62,257 nt of DNA, taken from the IMG/VR virus record IMGVR_UViG_3300020156_000030, positions 1-62,257 of that record. One strand, written 5' to 3'. The DNA comes from a virus. Taxonomy: Duplodnaviria > Caudoviricetes. Positions within the stretch are counted from its first letter, which is position 1. Each line of letters starts with the position of its first letter. Of the stretch, positions 27,344 to 35,600 are shown piece after piece. The notes under the pieces were generated by a model, which did not search any database, had not been told where the DNA came from, and saw only the letters and a list, made by a program, of their open reading frames with translations. A program made the translations under genes and the position numbers.

Positions 27344-27637
27344 ATGGTCACCCCGACGATGACGTTCCTCGGTGAGGCTATGGACAGAGATTGCCTCATC
27401 GAGGAACGCAAGAGGCGGCTATTGAATGTCCTGCGGATAATAGAGTGGCGCATCGAATGGCAGCTTGCGGGGCGAAGTGAGATGCAGAGAGCACTACAAA
27501 ATGAGGCCAAGAACTCTACTGAACTTCGCATTAGATGTTTGCGGGTTATACACCGCATCGATGTAGAAATCGCTCGACTTGAGGCTTCCAAACGCGCCAC
27601 CCTCAAGGTTATAGAGTCCAACGTGAGGCACTGGTAA
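27344..27637 (+). CDS. Hypothetical protein (distant paralog B-like)
   Basis: IIEWRIEWQ helical motif. Confidence 0.5.
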   Translation: MVTPTMTFLGEAMDRDCLIEERKRRLLNVLRIIEWRIEWQLAGRSEMQRALQNEAKNSTELRIRCLRVIHRIDVEIARLEASKRATLKVIESNVRHW

Positions 27638-27651
27638 GGAAGGGGGCAAAC

Positions 27652-27816
27652 ATGTTCTGGCTCATCATCGTTCTCATCGTCATCGCCGCCCTCCTGCATT
27701 TCATCTGGGTGGCGCTGGAGAAAATCGCCATCGAGCTCATGCGGATCAACGGACAGATAGAGGCGCGCACTCATGCCACACCCGAAACCAGCTACCCCCG
27801 TTACTCCAGAAGGTAA
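27652..27816 (+). CDS. Small single-TM protein (54 aa)
   Basis: MFWLIIVLIVIAALLHFIWVAL with an AAGGGGG RBS. Confidence 0.55.
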   Translation: MFWLIIVLIVIAALLHFIWVALEKIAIELMRINGQIEARTHATPETSYPRYSRR

Positions 27817-27820
27817 CGGC

Positions 27821-29504
27821 ATCCGCGAGCTCATCTGGGGCGTGCCGGGTGATGTTACCCTGCACGGGGACCGTGGGGACGTAGCTGGGGTAAACTACGG
27901 GGTTCACGTAGTGGATATGGGGCCATTAGACCTCACTGGGATGGGGTGGGGCCATGGGGACGGATATGGTCACCACCGTAGAAGCGGAGCAGGGCATGGG
28001 CGAGACATCGGCCGGGGGGATGATGGGTTCGGATCAGAGCAAAAAAGCATACGCGAGCTCATCTGGGGCGTGCCCGGGTGATGTCATCCGCGAGCTCATC
28101 TGGAGCGCGCTTGGTGATGTATCCATCTCCAAGGGCGAAGTGTCCGAGAGCTACGGCATCCACAGCATCCTCGGAATTAATTCTATCTCACTCGGGGGTT
28201 GGGGCGACGGCACGGGGGGATATGGTGAGCCACGTGGTAAGGGGGCTGGAAACGGGAAAGAGAGGCGGTAGCATCCGCGAGCTCATCTGGTTCGTCATCG
28301 GGCACCATGCAGGAGAGAAAGAGGACGAAAAAGTTCGTCCATCCGATTATGGCATGGAGTTCTGGAACAGAGGATACGGCGACGGAACTTATGGCCATAC
28401 CCATGCAGACGGAGGGGGTAACGGAGTAGAGTGGAAACCCTTAACCTCAGGAGGTAAGTGAACAAATGAGCAGCATGTTCGGAAAGCCGGTCCTCGTGAC
28501 CACCGCACACAAGGGTGTGTTCTTCGGCTACTTCTCAAAGCGGGAAGGCACCACGGTGCATCTGACCCGATCGCGCAACTGCATCTACTGGCCCGCCGAG
28601 AACCGTGGTTTCCTCGGGCTGGCGAAGTGGGGTCCGCTGGAGGGGGCACGCATCGGCCCGGAGGCTGACATAGAGCTACTCGACGTGACCTCCATCGCAC
28701 AGTGCACGGACGAAGCTGTGCAGCGGTGGGAAGCTGCGCCTTGGAGCGAGTGATTACCCCGGGGGTAACACTCCGGGAGCTCATCTGGGGCGTGCCCGGC
28801 GATGTGAATTACTTCGACCTGACTGTCGGTGAGTATGGCACCTCCTATTTTTCAGGTGACGGTGATGGAAGCCCACACCTCCGTGATGGCACCTTCTACG
28901 ACCCACCATGGGGGGAAGGGCTTATAGTGGGGCATGGGGATGGGGCAGGAGGAGATGAAGACGGAACAATGGGATACTGGGGGTTTGATGACGGGTCGGG
29001 AGGGACTCTGGGGAATTTCTGAGCTCCTCTGGGGCATGCCCGGCGAGGTCGATAGCGGCCCCAACCACGCACCCATTGAACTGGTTTACAACCGTCCGTT
29101 CTCCTATGGACACGGGGCGCACAGCGGTAGGGGATGGGGTGGGGAGAAATATGGAAAGGGTTACTCCCACGGAACCGGCGAAGGGCGCATAGTGGGTAAC
29201 GACGATGGGTCATATGGAAATCCGTGAGTTGATCTGGGGGATACCCAGCGAATGCACCCCCGCAGATCGAGCTCCTATCCTGAAGAGTTACCTTCGGGGT
29301 TACTGCTCATTCTCTACTTATGGGCATGGGTGGGGGGCATATCCGGCCACCACCGGATCAGGAAGTGGGCGATGCAACCAAACAGATATATCCGGGAGTC
29401 ATAGTGGGGCGGGATTGGGGTGCCCCTCGGGGTATCAGTCAGGAGGGGGAGAGGGCATTGGGGCCAGCGACACGGAGCATAGTGATGGCTCCGGCTTAAT
29501 GTAA
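27821..29504 (+). repeat. Array of seven ~36-nt repeats (IRELIWGVPGDV) with variable Gly-rich coding spacers
   Basis: Repeat starts at 27821, 28049, 28086, 28273, 28771, 29015 and 29220. Confidence 0.9.
28466..28753 (+). CDS. DUF6948-like small beta protein embedded in the array
   Basis: VLVTTAHKGVFFG...V.L...R....W......LA..GP...I.L.DV..I..CT.EA pattern; AGGAGG RBS. Family recalled, not searched. Confidence 0.7.
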   Translation: MSSMFGKPVLVTTAHKGVFFGYFSKREGTTVHLTRSRNCIYWPAENRGFLGLAKWGPLEGARIGPEADIELLDVTSIAQCTDEAVQRWEAAPWSE

Positions 29505-29561
29505 CGCTTGTGTAACGTTACCATATGTGTTACCACGTCTTGATTACCAGACGAGGTAACC

Positions 29562-29876
29562 ATGCTCCCAGAGCCACCCACCGGAATTAAGCACGACGAA
29601 GGCAAGCTCCCCCTGCACCTGCTGCCCTTCGATGCGCTGGAGTGCATCGCCGAAATCCTCGACTTCGGCATGAAGAAATACGCCCCCCGTAATTGGGAGA
29701 AGGGCATGGACTGGTCGCGGGTCTATCGTGCCACCCTGAGCCACATGTTCAAGTGGTGGATGCGAGCCGGACCGGACGAGGAGACGGGGAAATCGCACCT
29801 ATGGCACGCTGGCTGCTGCATCCTCTTCCTCATCACCTACGAATACAGGGGCATCGGACGCGACGATCGCCCCTGA
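29562..29876 (+). CDS. dATP/dGTP diphosphohydrolase domain protein (DUF5664-type)
   Basis: GIKHDEGK..L.LLP...FG.KKY..RNWEKG...D.ETG.SHL.HA.C...FL. Confidence 0.85.
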   Translation: MLPEPPTGIKHDEGKLPLHLLPFDALECIAEILDFGMKKYAPRNWEKGMDWSRVYRATLSHMFKWWMRAGPDEETGKSHLWHAGCCILFLITYEYRGIGRDDRP

Positions 29877-29906
29877 GCTTACCCCAACAAGTAACAGGAG
29901 CGAAGC

Positions 29907-30119
29907 ATGGCGTTCAATCTGTGCCCGGACACCGGGCCACCGAGGCTGATCCGTTTCACCAGCCTGCCGGGCACAACGATCTCCACCCTCGACAAGGAGA
30001 ACAACCTCCTGCGGGTGGACCGTGAGAAGTTCGATCAACTCAGCAAGGAGGACAGGGAGACCATCATCCGAACGGATGCGGCCGAGATCACTCTGGAGAG
30101 CCGGCTGCCGGCGTGGTGA
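29907..30119 (+). CDS. Hypothetical protein
   Basis: AGGAG RBS; good codon bias. Confidence 0.65.
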   Translation: MAFNLCPDTGPPRLIRFTSLPGTTISTLDKENNLLRVDREKFDQLSKEDRETIIRTDAAEITLESRLPAW

Positions 30120-30163
30120 GTAACCCGCCGAAGTAACCACCCACCCAACAGGAGAAAGACACT

Positions 30164-31255
30164 ATGAAGCTCACCGACATCAAGAAGCGCATCCCCCTGT
30201 GGTATCAGGCCGCCATGTCCGACCGTCCCGACCGGCTGCGCTGCATCTATCTCACCTCCGCACCGGGGCGTGGCAAGACCACCGTTCTGGTGGAGGCCGT
30301 GCAGGACCTGAGCAAGGCGACGGGTCGCAACCTCGGGCTGGTCGTTCTGTCCGGTCCGCTGCTCAACCCGGCGGACAGCATCGGGTATCTGGTGCCGAAG
30401 CACGAGGGCGGGCGGGCCGAGAGCGTCTACACCGACCCCTTCTGGTTCCGCACCAACGTCGGCCGCAGGCTCGACGAGTATGAAGGTGGCATCATCGTCG
30501 TGGACGAGGCCGACAAGATGGACCCCGACGTGAAGAAGGCGATCGGCGAGGCGGCTCTGTCTGGTCGGCTCGGCCCGCATACCCTGCCGGAGGGCTGGGT
30601 CGTGTGGATGGCGGGTAACCGTGCATCGGATCGGTCGGGCTCGACCAAGGAGCTGGACCATCTGATCAACAGGCGGATGCAGATCGAGGTCTGGGACGAC
30701 ATTCGGAGCTGGGTGGATTGGGCGGTTACCCACGGGGTAATGCCGGTCACCGTTGCCTTCGCCGAGCAGAACCCGGGCATCGTATTCACCGAGAAGGCAC
30801 CGGAGAAGCAGGGTCCGTGGTGCACGCCGAGGTCGCTGGTCATGGCCGATGGCTACCTTCAGACGCTGGGCGGCGAGGGGCGAAACATACCGAGTGATGC
30901 GCTCACCATGGAGGAGGTGGCAGGTATCATCGGCGGAGCGGCGACGGCACAGCTCTTCACCTTCGTGAAGCTCGAACAGGAGATGCCGAAGTTCGAGAAG
31001 ATCGTCGCCGATCCGAAGGGGGTGAAGGTGCCGGAGAAGCCGGATGCGCAGATGCTCATCTGCTACAATCTGGCCCATAGGGTGGATGACAAGACCGCCG
31101 ATCCGGTCATCACCTACATCCAGCGGATGCCCAAGGAGTTCGCGGTGACCTTCGCCAAGGCAGCGTGCAACCGGAATTACCGGCTGCTCATGTCGCCGGC
31201 GTTCGCCAAGTGGACCAAGGAGAACGCATCGCTCATGGCGATGCTGAACGGGTAA
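30164..31255 (+). CDS. MoxR-like AAA+ ATPase
   Basis: Walker A APGRGKT, Walker B IIVVDE, AGNR sensor, LINR arginine finger and TPRS sensor II. Confidence 0.88.
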   Translation: MKLTDIKKRIPLWYQAAMSDRPDRLRCIYLTSAPGRGKTTVLVEAVQDLSKATGRNLGLVVLSGPLLNPADSIGYLVPKHEGGRAESVYTDPFWFRTNVGRRLDEYEGGIIVVDEADKMDPDVKKAIGEAALSGRLGPHTLPEGWVVWMAGNRASDRSGSTKELDHLINRRMQIEVWDDIRSWVDWAVTHGVMPVTVAFAEQNPGIVFTEKAPEKQGPWCTPRSLVMADGYLQTLGGEGRNIPSDALTMEEVAGIIGGAATAQLFTFVKLEQEMPKFEKIVADPKGVKVPEKPDAQMLICYNLAHRVDDKTADPVITYIQRMPKEFAVTFAKAACNRNYRLLMSPAFAKWTKENASLMAMLNG

Positions 31256-31343
31256 CCCCGCGAAGTAACCCCACCCCCTCGTATGACGGGGTGGGTCCTG
31301 CTTAGAAAAGCGCTGAAACTTCCATAATACCCATGAGGTAACC

Positions 31344-31544
31344 ATGACACCGATTAAGGCCACTACCGTCAGTGATCTGTTGGCTTCGGCAAGGCGTGAC
31401 AAGGAAATCTACGACGCTCTGTCTGAGGAAGAGCGCGCCGAGGTCGATGCCTTCAACGCAGCGATCCGTGGCAAGAACATCAAAGAGATCATTGCGATGG
31501 GCGACCATCCGATGAAGCGGTTCCGAGCGCGTTATACGAAGTAA
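31344..31544 (+). CDS. Hypothetical protein
   Basis: GAGG RBS; 66 aa. Confidence 0.55.
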   Translation: MTPIKATTVSDLLASARRDKEIYDALSEEERAEVDAFNAAIRGKNIKEIIAMGDHPMKRFRARYTK

Positions 31545-31564
31545 CCCACCCACGGAGAACACCC

Positions 31565-32053
31565 ATGCTGAAAGCCGAGAGCTCCAAGCTCTTCGTGGAT
31601 GACATGCTCGCCATCAGGGGTGCGGTCGAGCATTTCCTCAACACCGGCATCTGCTGGATCGAAGCGGGATATGTTGACAGAAAACCCCGTTCGATAAGCG
31701 AGCTGGCCAACGCTGGCTCCCTTCGCAAGTTCATCAGGATGATAGCCAAGGAGAAGGGCCGCCCGTTCATCTTCGTGGAGAACAGGGTTTGCCACCCCAC
31801 CACCCCGTTAACTCTGACGGTGCCCAAGAGGCAGAACTTAAAGGCTGTAGTCTCCGGGCTGCTGTTGGGCGCGCACCGCGTGCCGTATGTCAACAGAAGA
31901 ACCCCGGATGTGCCACTCCTGCTCGTAGAGCAGAGGACCAACTGGGTCTTCATGTTCAAGGGCGATGAGGGGCAGGAACTACTCCAGCACTGGATGAGGA
32001 ATGTGCAGGAGGACCCCGTTATGCGGATCGCCCTCAAGTTACCCCCACGGTAA
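31565..32053 (+). CDS. Hypothetical protein
   Basis: GGAG RBS; 162 aa. Confidence 0.6.
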   Translation: MLKAESSKLFVDDMLAIRGAVEHFLNTGICWIEAGYVDRKPRSISELANAGSLRKFIRMIAKEKGRPFIFVENRVCHPTTPLTLTVPKRQNLKAVVSGLLLGAHRVPYVNRRTPDVPLLLVEQRTNWVFMFKGDEGQELLQHWMRNVQEDPVMRIALKLPPR

Positions 32054-32190
32054 TGCGCCCACAGGGGGTTACCCCTGTAGGGGCAACGTATGAAGAATGG
32101 GCGGACTGGGTTGATTGGGTCTATTCCGAACCACCATGGCCCACCCCATACTTCCGCAACGTAATATCAGACCGAGAAAGGAAAAAGCTC

Positions 32191-32418
32191 ATGTCTCTTC
32201 GCACTTTCAACATCGAACTCCGCTTCGACATGGATGACCCCGAGAAGGAGGCCATCCTCCGCGAGCTCGCCCGGCAGGCGGCACAGCAGCTCTATGCCAA
32301 CGCTCAGCTCATCTCCGGCCAGCGTGCCCCGGAGATCGCGCTCTACTCCTCCGACTTCTTCGACGGGCCGAAGCAGCTCGGCCTGATCGACGGGGAGCCG
32401 GTTACCTCGGAGGAGTAA
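32191..32418 (+). CDS. Hypothetical protein (in-frame extension to 32053 possible)
   Basis: Codon bias rises sharply from ATG 32191, which follows an AAGGA RBS. Confidence 0.6.
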   Translation: MSLRTFNIELRFDMDDPEKEAILRELARQAAQQLYANAQLISGQRAPEIALYSSDFFDGPKQLGLIDGEPVTSEE

Positions 32419-32423
32419 CCTCC

Positions 32424-32693
32424 ATGACGAAAGAGGAAGCCCTCCAACTCATTGAGGACGCCCCTGATCTGGGGCTTCCCAATGGGGCGTGGAGAGCGGG
32501 GAGCTACTGGTGTGGGGAGCACTACAAACTGCGGTGCTTCTATGACCCCATCAGAGGGGTTGTTTACGCCAGCACACACCCAATAGACAGGGTGCTCAGC
32601 GTAAAGGTTGACAACCTGCTCGTAGCTGTAGCAGTATTGATCGACCTGTTTGACAAACATCAGGAGGGCTGGCGTGACAAAGGAGGAAGTTGA
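32424..32693 (+). CDS. Hypothetical protein, paralog C1
   Basis: TKEE..QL..D.P..GLP...W...L.AVAV..DL.DKHQ. Confidence 0.6.
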   Translation: MTKEEALQLIEDAPDLGLPNGAWRAGSYWCGEHYKLRCFYDPIRGVVYASTHPIDRVLSVKVDNLLVAVAVLIDLFDKHQEGWRDKGGS

Positions 32694-32931
32694 TCAGCTG
32701 TTGAATGACCAGCCCCTCTTCGGACTACCGGGTGAGCACTGGTATGGGAATTATTACTTCTGCGGGGTAACAGGGTTCACCGTCCTATTCAACCCTTCGC
32801 AGGCAAGGATACATTATGCGGCTGATGTGCATAGGAGCACGGTGCATGCAACCCATGTCCCCGACATCCTCACCGCCGTCGCTGTCATGACGGACCTCAT
32901 CGACAAGCACCAAGGAAAGGAACCAGCATGA
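32674..32931 (+). CDS. Hypothetical protein, paralog C2
   Basis: GTG start after AGGAGG; same motifs as C1. Confidence 0.6.
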   Translation: MTKEEVDQLLNDQPLFGLPGEHWYGNYYFCGVTGFTVLFNPSQARIHYAADVHRSTVHATHVPDILTAVAVMTDLIDKHQGKEPA

Positions 32932-34232
32932 ACAAGCCCACCCCGGTCGAGATGACCCCCCAGCAGCAGAAGGCATGGGACGAGACGCGCACAGCCCTGA
33001 TCTGGCACTGCCCGGCGTTCACCCATATCCTCTACTCCATGATGGACACGGTGAACCAGAAGACCGTCGCCCTGTTCACGAAAGATATTCCGGTCGCCGC
33101 CACGGACGGCAGCGCACTCATGCTGAACCCGGACACGTTCTTCAAGTATGACCTCGGCGAGCGAGTGTTCATCGTCGCGCACGAGATCATGCACTGCATC
33201 CTCAACCACATGGGGATCATGCAGCGGGCGCGGCAGACGGGTAAGGTGAGTTACCCCGATGGTAAGTCGCTGCCCTACGAGCACATGTTGATGAACGTCG
33301 CCATGGACCTCGTGATCAACGACCTCCTGATCGAGTGCCGGACCGATAGCGGGCAGCCGATATTCAAGTTCAACAAGGAGTGGCTGCACGACAAGAACAT
33401 CGCCACAAAGGACGACAGCGTGCTCGACGCCTACCGCAAAATCTACAAGAAGGCGGAGAAGAACGGAAAGGGCAAGGGCGGCGCGCAGGACAGCGGTGTC
33501 AGCGGGCAGGGCTTCGATGAGCACTTGGCACCGGGCACGTCTCAGGGCACGGACCCGTCTCAGGCCATGCAGGATCGGAACGAGGTGGCGTGGGGAACCG
33601 CAGTTGCGGCCGCAGCAAACGCTGCCCGGGTGCAGGGCAAGCTGCCGTCGGCTCTGGACCGTATGTTGTCCGAGGTGCTCGACCCGAAGGTGGACTGGAG
33701 GGAGAAGATCGAGGCGCTGTTCGCCCGCAAGATCGGAACCGGCACCTATAACTGGAAGTCGCCGGACCGCAGGCTCATCGTGCGGGACATCGTTGCCCCG
33801 GGGCGTTCCGGCTTTGGCGCGGATACCATCGTGGTGGCGATCGACACGTCCGGTTCGATCGGAAACGATGAACTGAAGATGTTCTTCGGCGAGATGGCCG
33901 GCATCCTCGAAGACTTGCGGCCGCGCCGACTGCTCGTGGTCTGGTGCGACGCCAAGGTGCACCGTGTGGACGAGATCGACGAGCCGAGCGACCTTTACGG
34001 CCTTCGGAAGAAGGGAGCGCCCGGTGGCGGCGGGACGAGCTTCATTCCGGTGTTCGACTGGATGGCCGGGGAGGAAATCCAGCCGGAAGCTCTGGTGTAT
34101 CTCACCGATGGGTATGGTAGCTTCCCGGCTGGTCAGCCGAGCTACCCGGTGATATGGGGCAACATCTCCAAGCCGGGTTCGGTCAACTATCCGTTCGGGG
34201 ATGTGGTGGACATCCCCGCATCAACCGCCTGA
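32928..34232 (+). CDS. Metallopeptidase-like + vWA domain protein (DUF2201-type), MoxR partner
   Basis: AATDG, HEIMH, NVAMDLVIN, MIDAS DTSGS, GGGGTSF and YLTDGYG motifs. Confidence 0.88.
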   Translation: MNKPTPVEMTPQQQKAWDETRTALIWHCPAFTHILYSMMDTVNQKTVALFTKDIPVAATDGSALMLNPDTFFKYDLGERVFIVAHEIMHCILNHMGIMQRARQTGKVSYPDGKSLPYEHMLMNVAMDLVINDLLIECRTDSGQPIFKFNKEWLHDKNIATKDDSVLDAYRKIYKKAEKNGKGKGGAQDSGVSGQGFDEHLAPGTSQGTDPSQAMQDRNEVAWGTAVAAAANAARVQGKLPSALDRMLSEVLDPKVDWREKIEALFARKIGTGTYNWKSPDRRLIVRDIVAPGRSGFGADTIVVAIDTSGSIGNDELKMFFGEMAGILEDLRPRRLLVVWCDAKVHRVDEIDEPSDLYGLRKKGAPGGGGTSFIPVFDWMAGEEIQPEALVYLTDGYGSFPAGQPSYPVIWGNISKPGSVNYPFGDVVDIPASTA

Positions 34233-34420
34233 GAGAGGGGATATTCCCCCGCAACCGCGACGGCAACGGGCGAGCGTGAGGAATGGGGAGCCAGCCATAG
34301 CTGGCGCTAACACCCACCAAGGCGCGACAAGGGCAGGTTCCGGGCCTCTCTCATGGCGAGGCGGCTTAGCTACCCGGTGAAACCTGCCAAGCCGTCCCCT
34401 TACCCACAGGAGTAACCTCA

Positions 34421-34756
34421 ATGTTCAAGACGGATGTGGGCCTGTTGGGGGTATTGGAGCCAGATGATGTAGAGGCCGATTTCTGGCTTCAGTTTAGTGG
34501 CTTCCTCGCGTTCAATTTCCCCGAGGACATGGCCGCGTGCAACGCCTTCCTCAAACGCGCCGAATGGAGGCTACCGTGGCTCATAAAGGCACGCAGGGCC
34601 TGCTTGATCCGCCTCCCCATAAAACCCCGCCTGCTGTTCCGGGCCATCAACCTGCACGCCGAGATCAGGCTACTCAAGTGCCGGTCACGAGCCGTGCAGC
34701 GATACATCGGCTACCTCCACATGAGCTTAGGAGAAGACAATGGCAGCCTTCAGTGA
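34421..34756 (+). CDS. Hypothetical protein (distant paralog B-like)
   Basis: AGGAG RBS; RAEWRLPWL motif. Confidence 0.5.
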   Translation: MFKTDVGLLGVLEPDDVEADFWLQFSGFLAFNFPEDMAACNAFLKRAEWRLPWLIKARRACLIRLPIKPRLLFRAINLHAEIRLLKCRSRAVQRYIGYLHMSLGEDNGSLQ

Positions 34757-35468
34757 CAGGACCTTCAGCGCCTTGCTATCCAAGACCCGCCTCATCTTCG
34801 AGAAACTCTCTGCCCTCAACACCATCGAACTATCACATGCCGACGTGATCAACACGCTGGCACCGCCTGAGAGCAGGAGGATTTTGCTGGAAGCGTGGAA
34901 GCACACTTCGGACCGCCTTGGAAATCAGGCGTTTTCTGTAAGCTGGCACAACGTCTACAAGGACGACGTTCTCTCTGCGGACGAACACGTCCCGCTCCAC
35001 TTCTTCATGGTCAGTGCAGGCAGGCAGGCCGCGCTGGCTCCGCTGGCCCCTGTCGTTCAGCCTGACGCCGACCCTGCGATCGTGGACAAAATTACCTCAT
35101 GGGTAACCTACGAGGTCCGTGCCATGTTCGACGCCACCGTCGTGAACGAGATGATCTGCCTTCTCAACAGGAAGTGCAGCTCGCCGCAGCAGGTGAGGTT
35201 CTTCTTCCCCTCCGTCCTAACCCTCCTGAGGATGGCGGATGAGACCAAGCTGGTGGAGAAACTCACAAAGGTGCGCGCACCGAAGGAGCTGCCGTCGTTT
35301 CTCCCGTCGGAGAGGGACATGATGCGTTACGCATCGGGGGTGATGGCATCTTACGAGCTGCTCGACAAACCCAAGGCGTCCGCTTCCCAGACGGTCAGTC
35401 TGGGGTTGCCGAACGGGTCGGTCAGTGTGACCGCCTTTGGGCGGACCCTGACTCTCAGAACAACGTAG
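34740..35468 (+). CDS. Hypothetical protein (242 aa)
   Basis: AGGAG RBS; long ORF in the operon. Confidence 0.7.
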   Translation: MAAFSDRTFSALLSKTRLIFEKLSALNTIELSHADVINTLAPPESRRILLEAWKHTSDRLGNQAFSVSWHNVYKDDVLSADEHVPLHFFMVSAGRQAALAPLAPVVQPDADPAIVDKITSWVTYEVRAMFDATVVNEMICLLNRKCSSPQQVRFFFPSVLTLLRMADETKLVEKLTKVRAPKELPSFLPSERDMMRYASGVMASYELLDKPKASASQTVSLGLPNGSVSVTAFGRTLTLRTT

Positions 35469-35481
35469 GCCAAACGATAAA

Positions 35482-35509
35482 CGGCCGGTGGGGTCAAACC
35501 CACCGGCCG
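35482..35509 (+). terminator. GC-rich hairpin
   Basis: CGGCCGGTGGG gtcaaa CCCACCGGCCG, with no clear U-tract. Confidence 0.4.
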
Positions 35510-35600
35510 CCTGAAACTCCCACCCACAGGAGCCGCCCCTAAGAGCGCCCCCTACATATGGCACCTCGACGGGGTAGTCAACACAATAAGACGGCGAACG

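Noticed and set aside
27821-29504. CRISPR array or DGR interpretation of the IRELIWG repeats
   Set aside because: Spacers are 150-250 nt, unequal and coding; repeats vary at synonymous positions; no cas operon or reverse transcriptase is recognised. The Cas4-like nuclease sits in an ordinary replication module.
29562-29876. Z-genome (2-aminoadenine) system
   Set aside because: No PurZ/adenylosuccinate-synthetase-like gene is recognised in the window.
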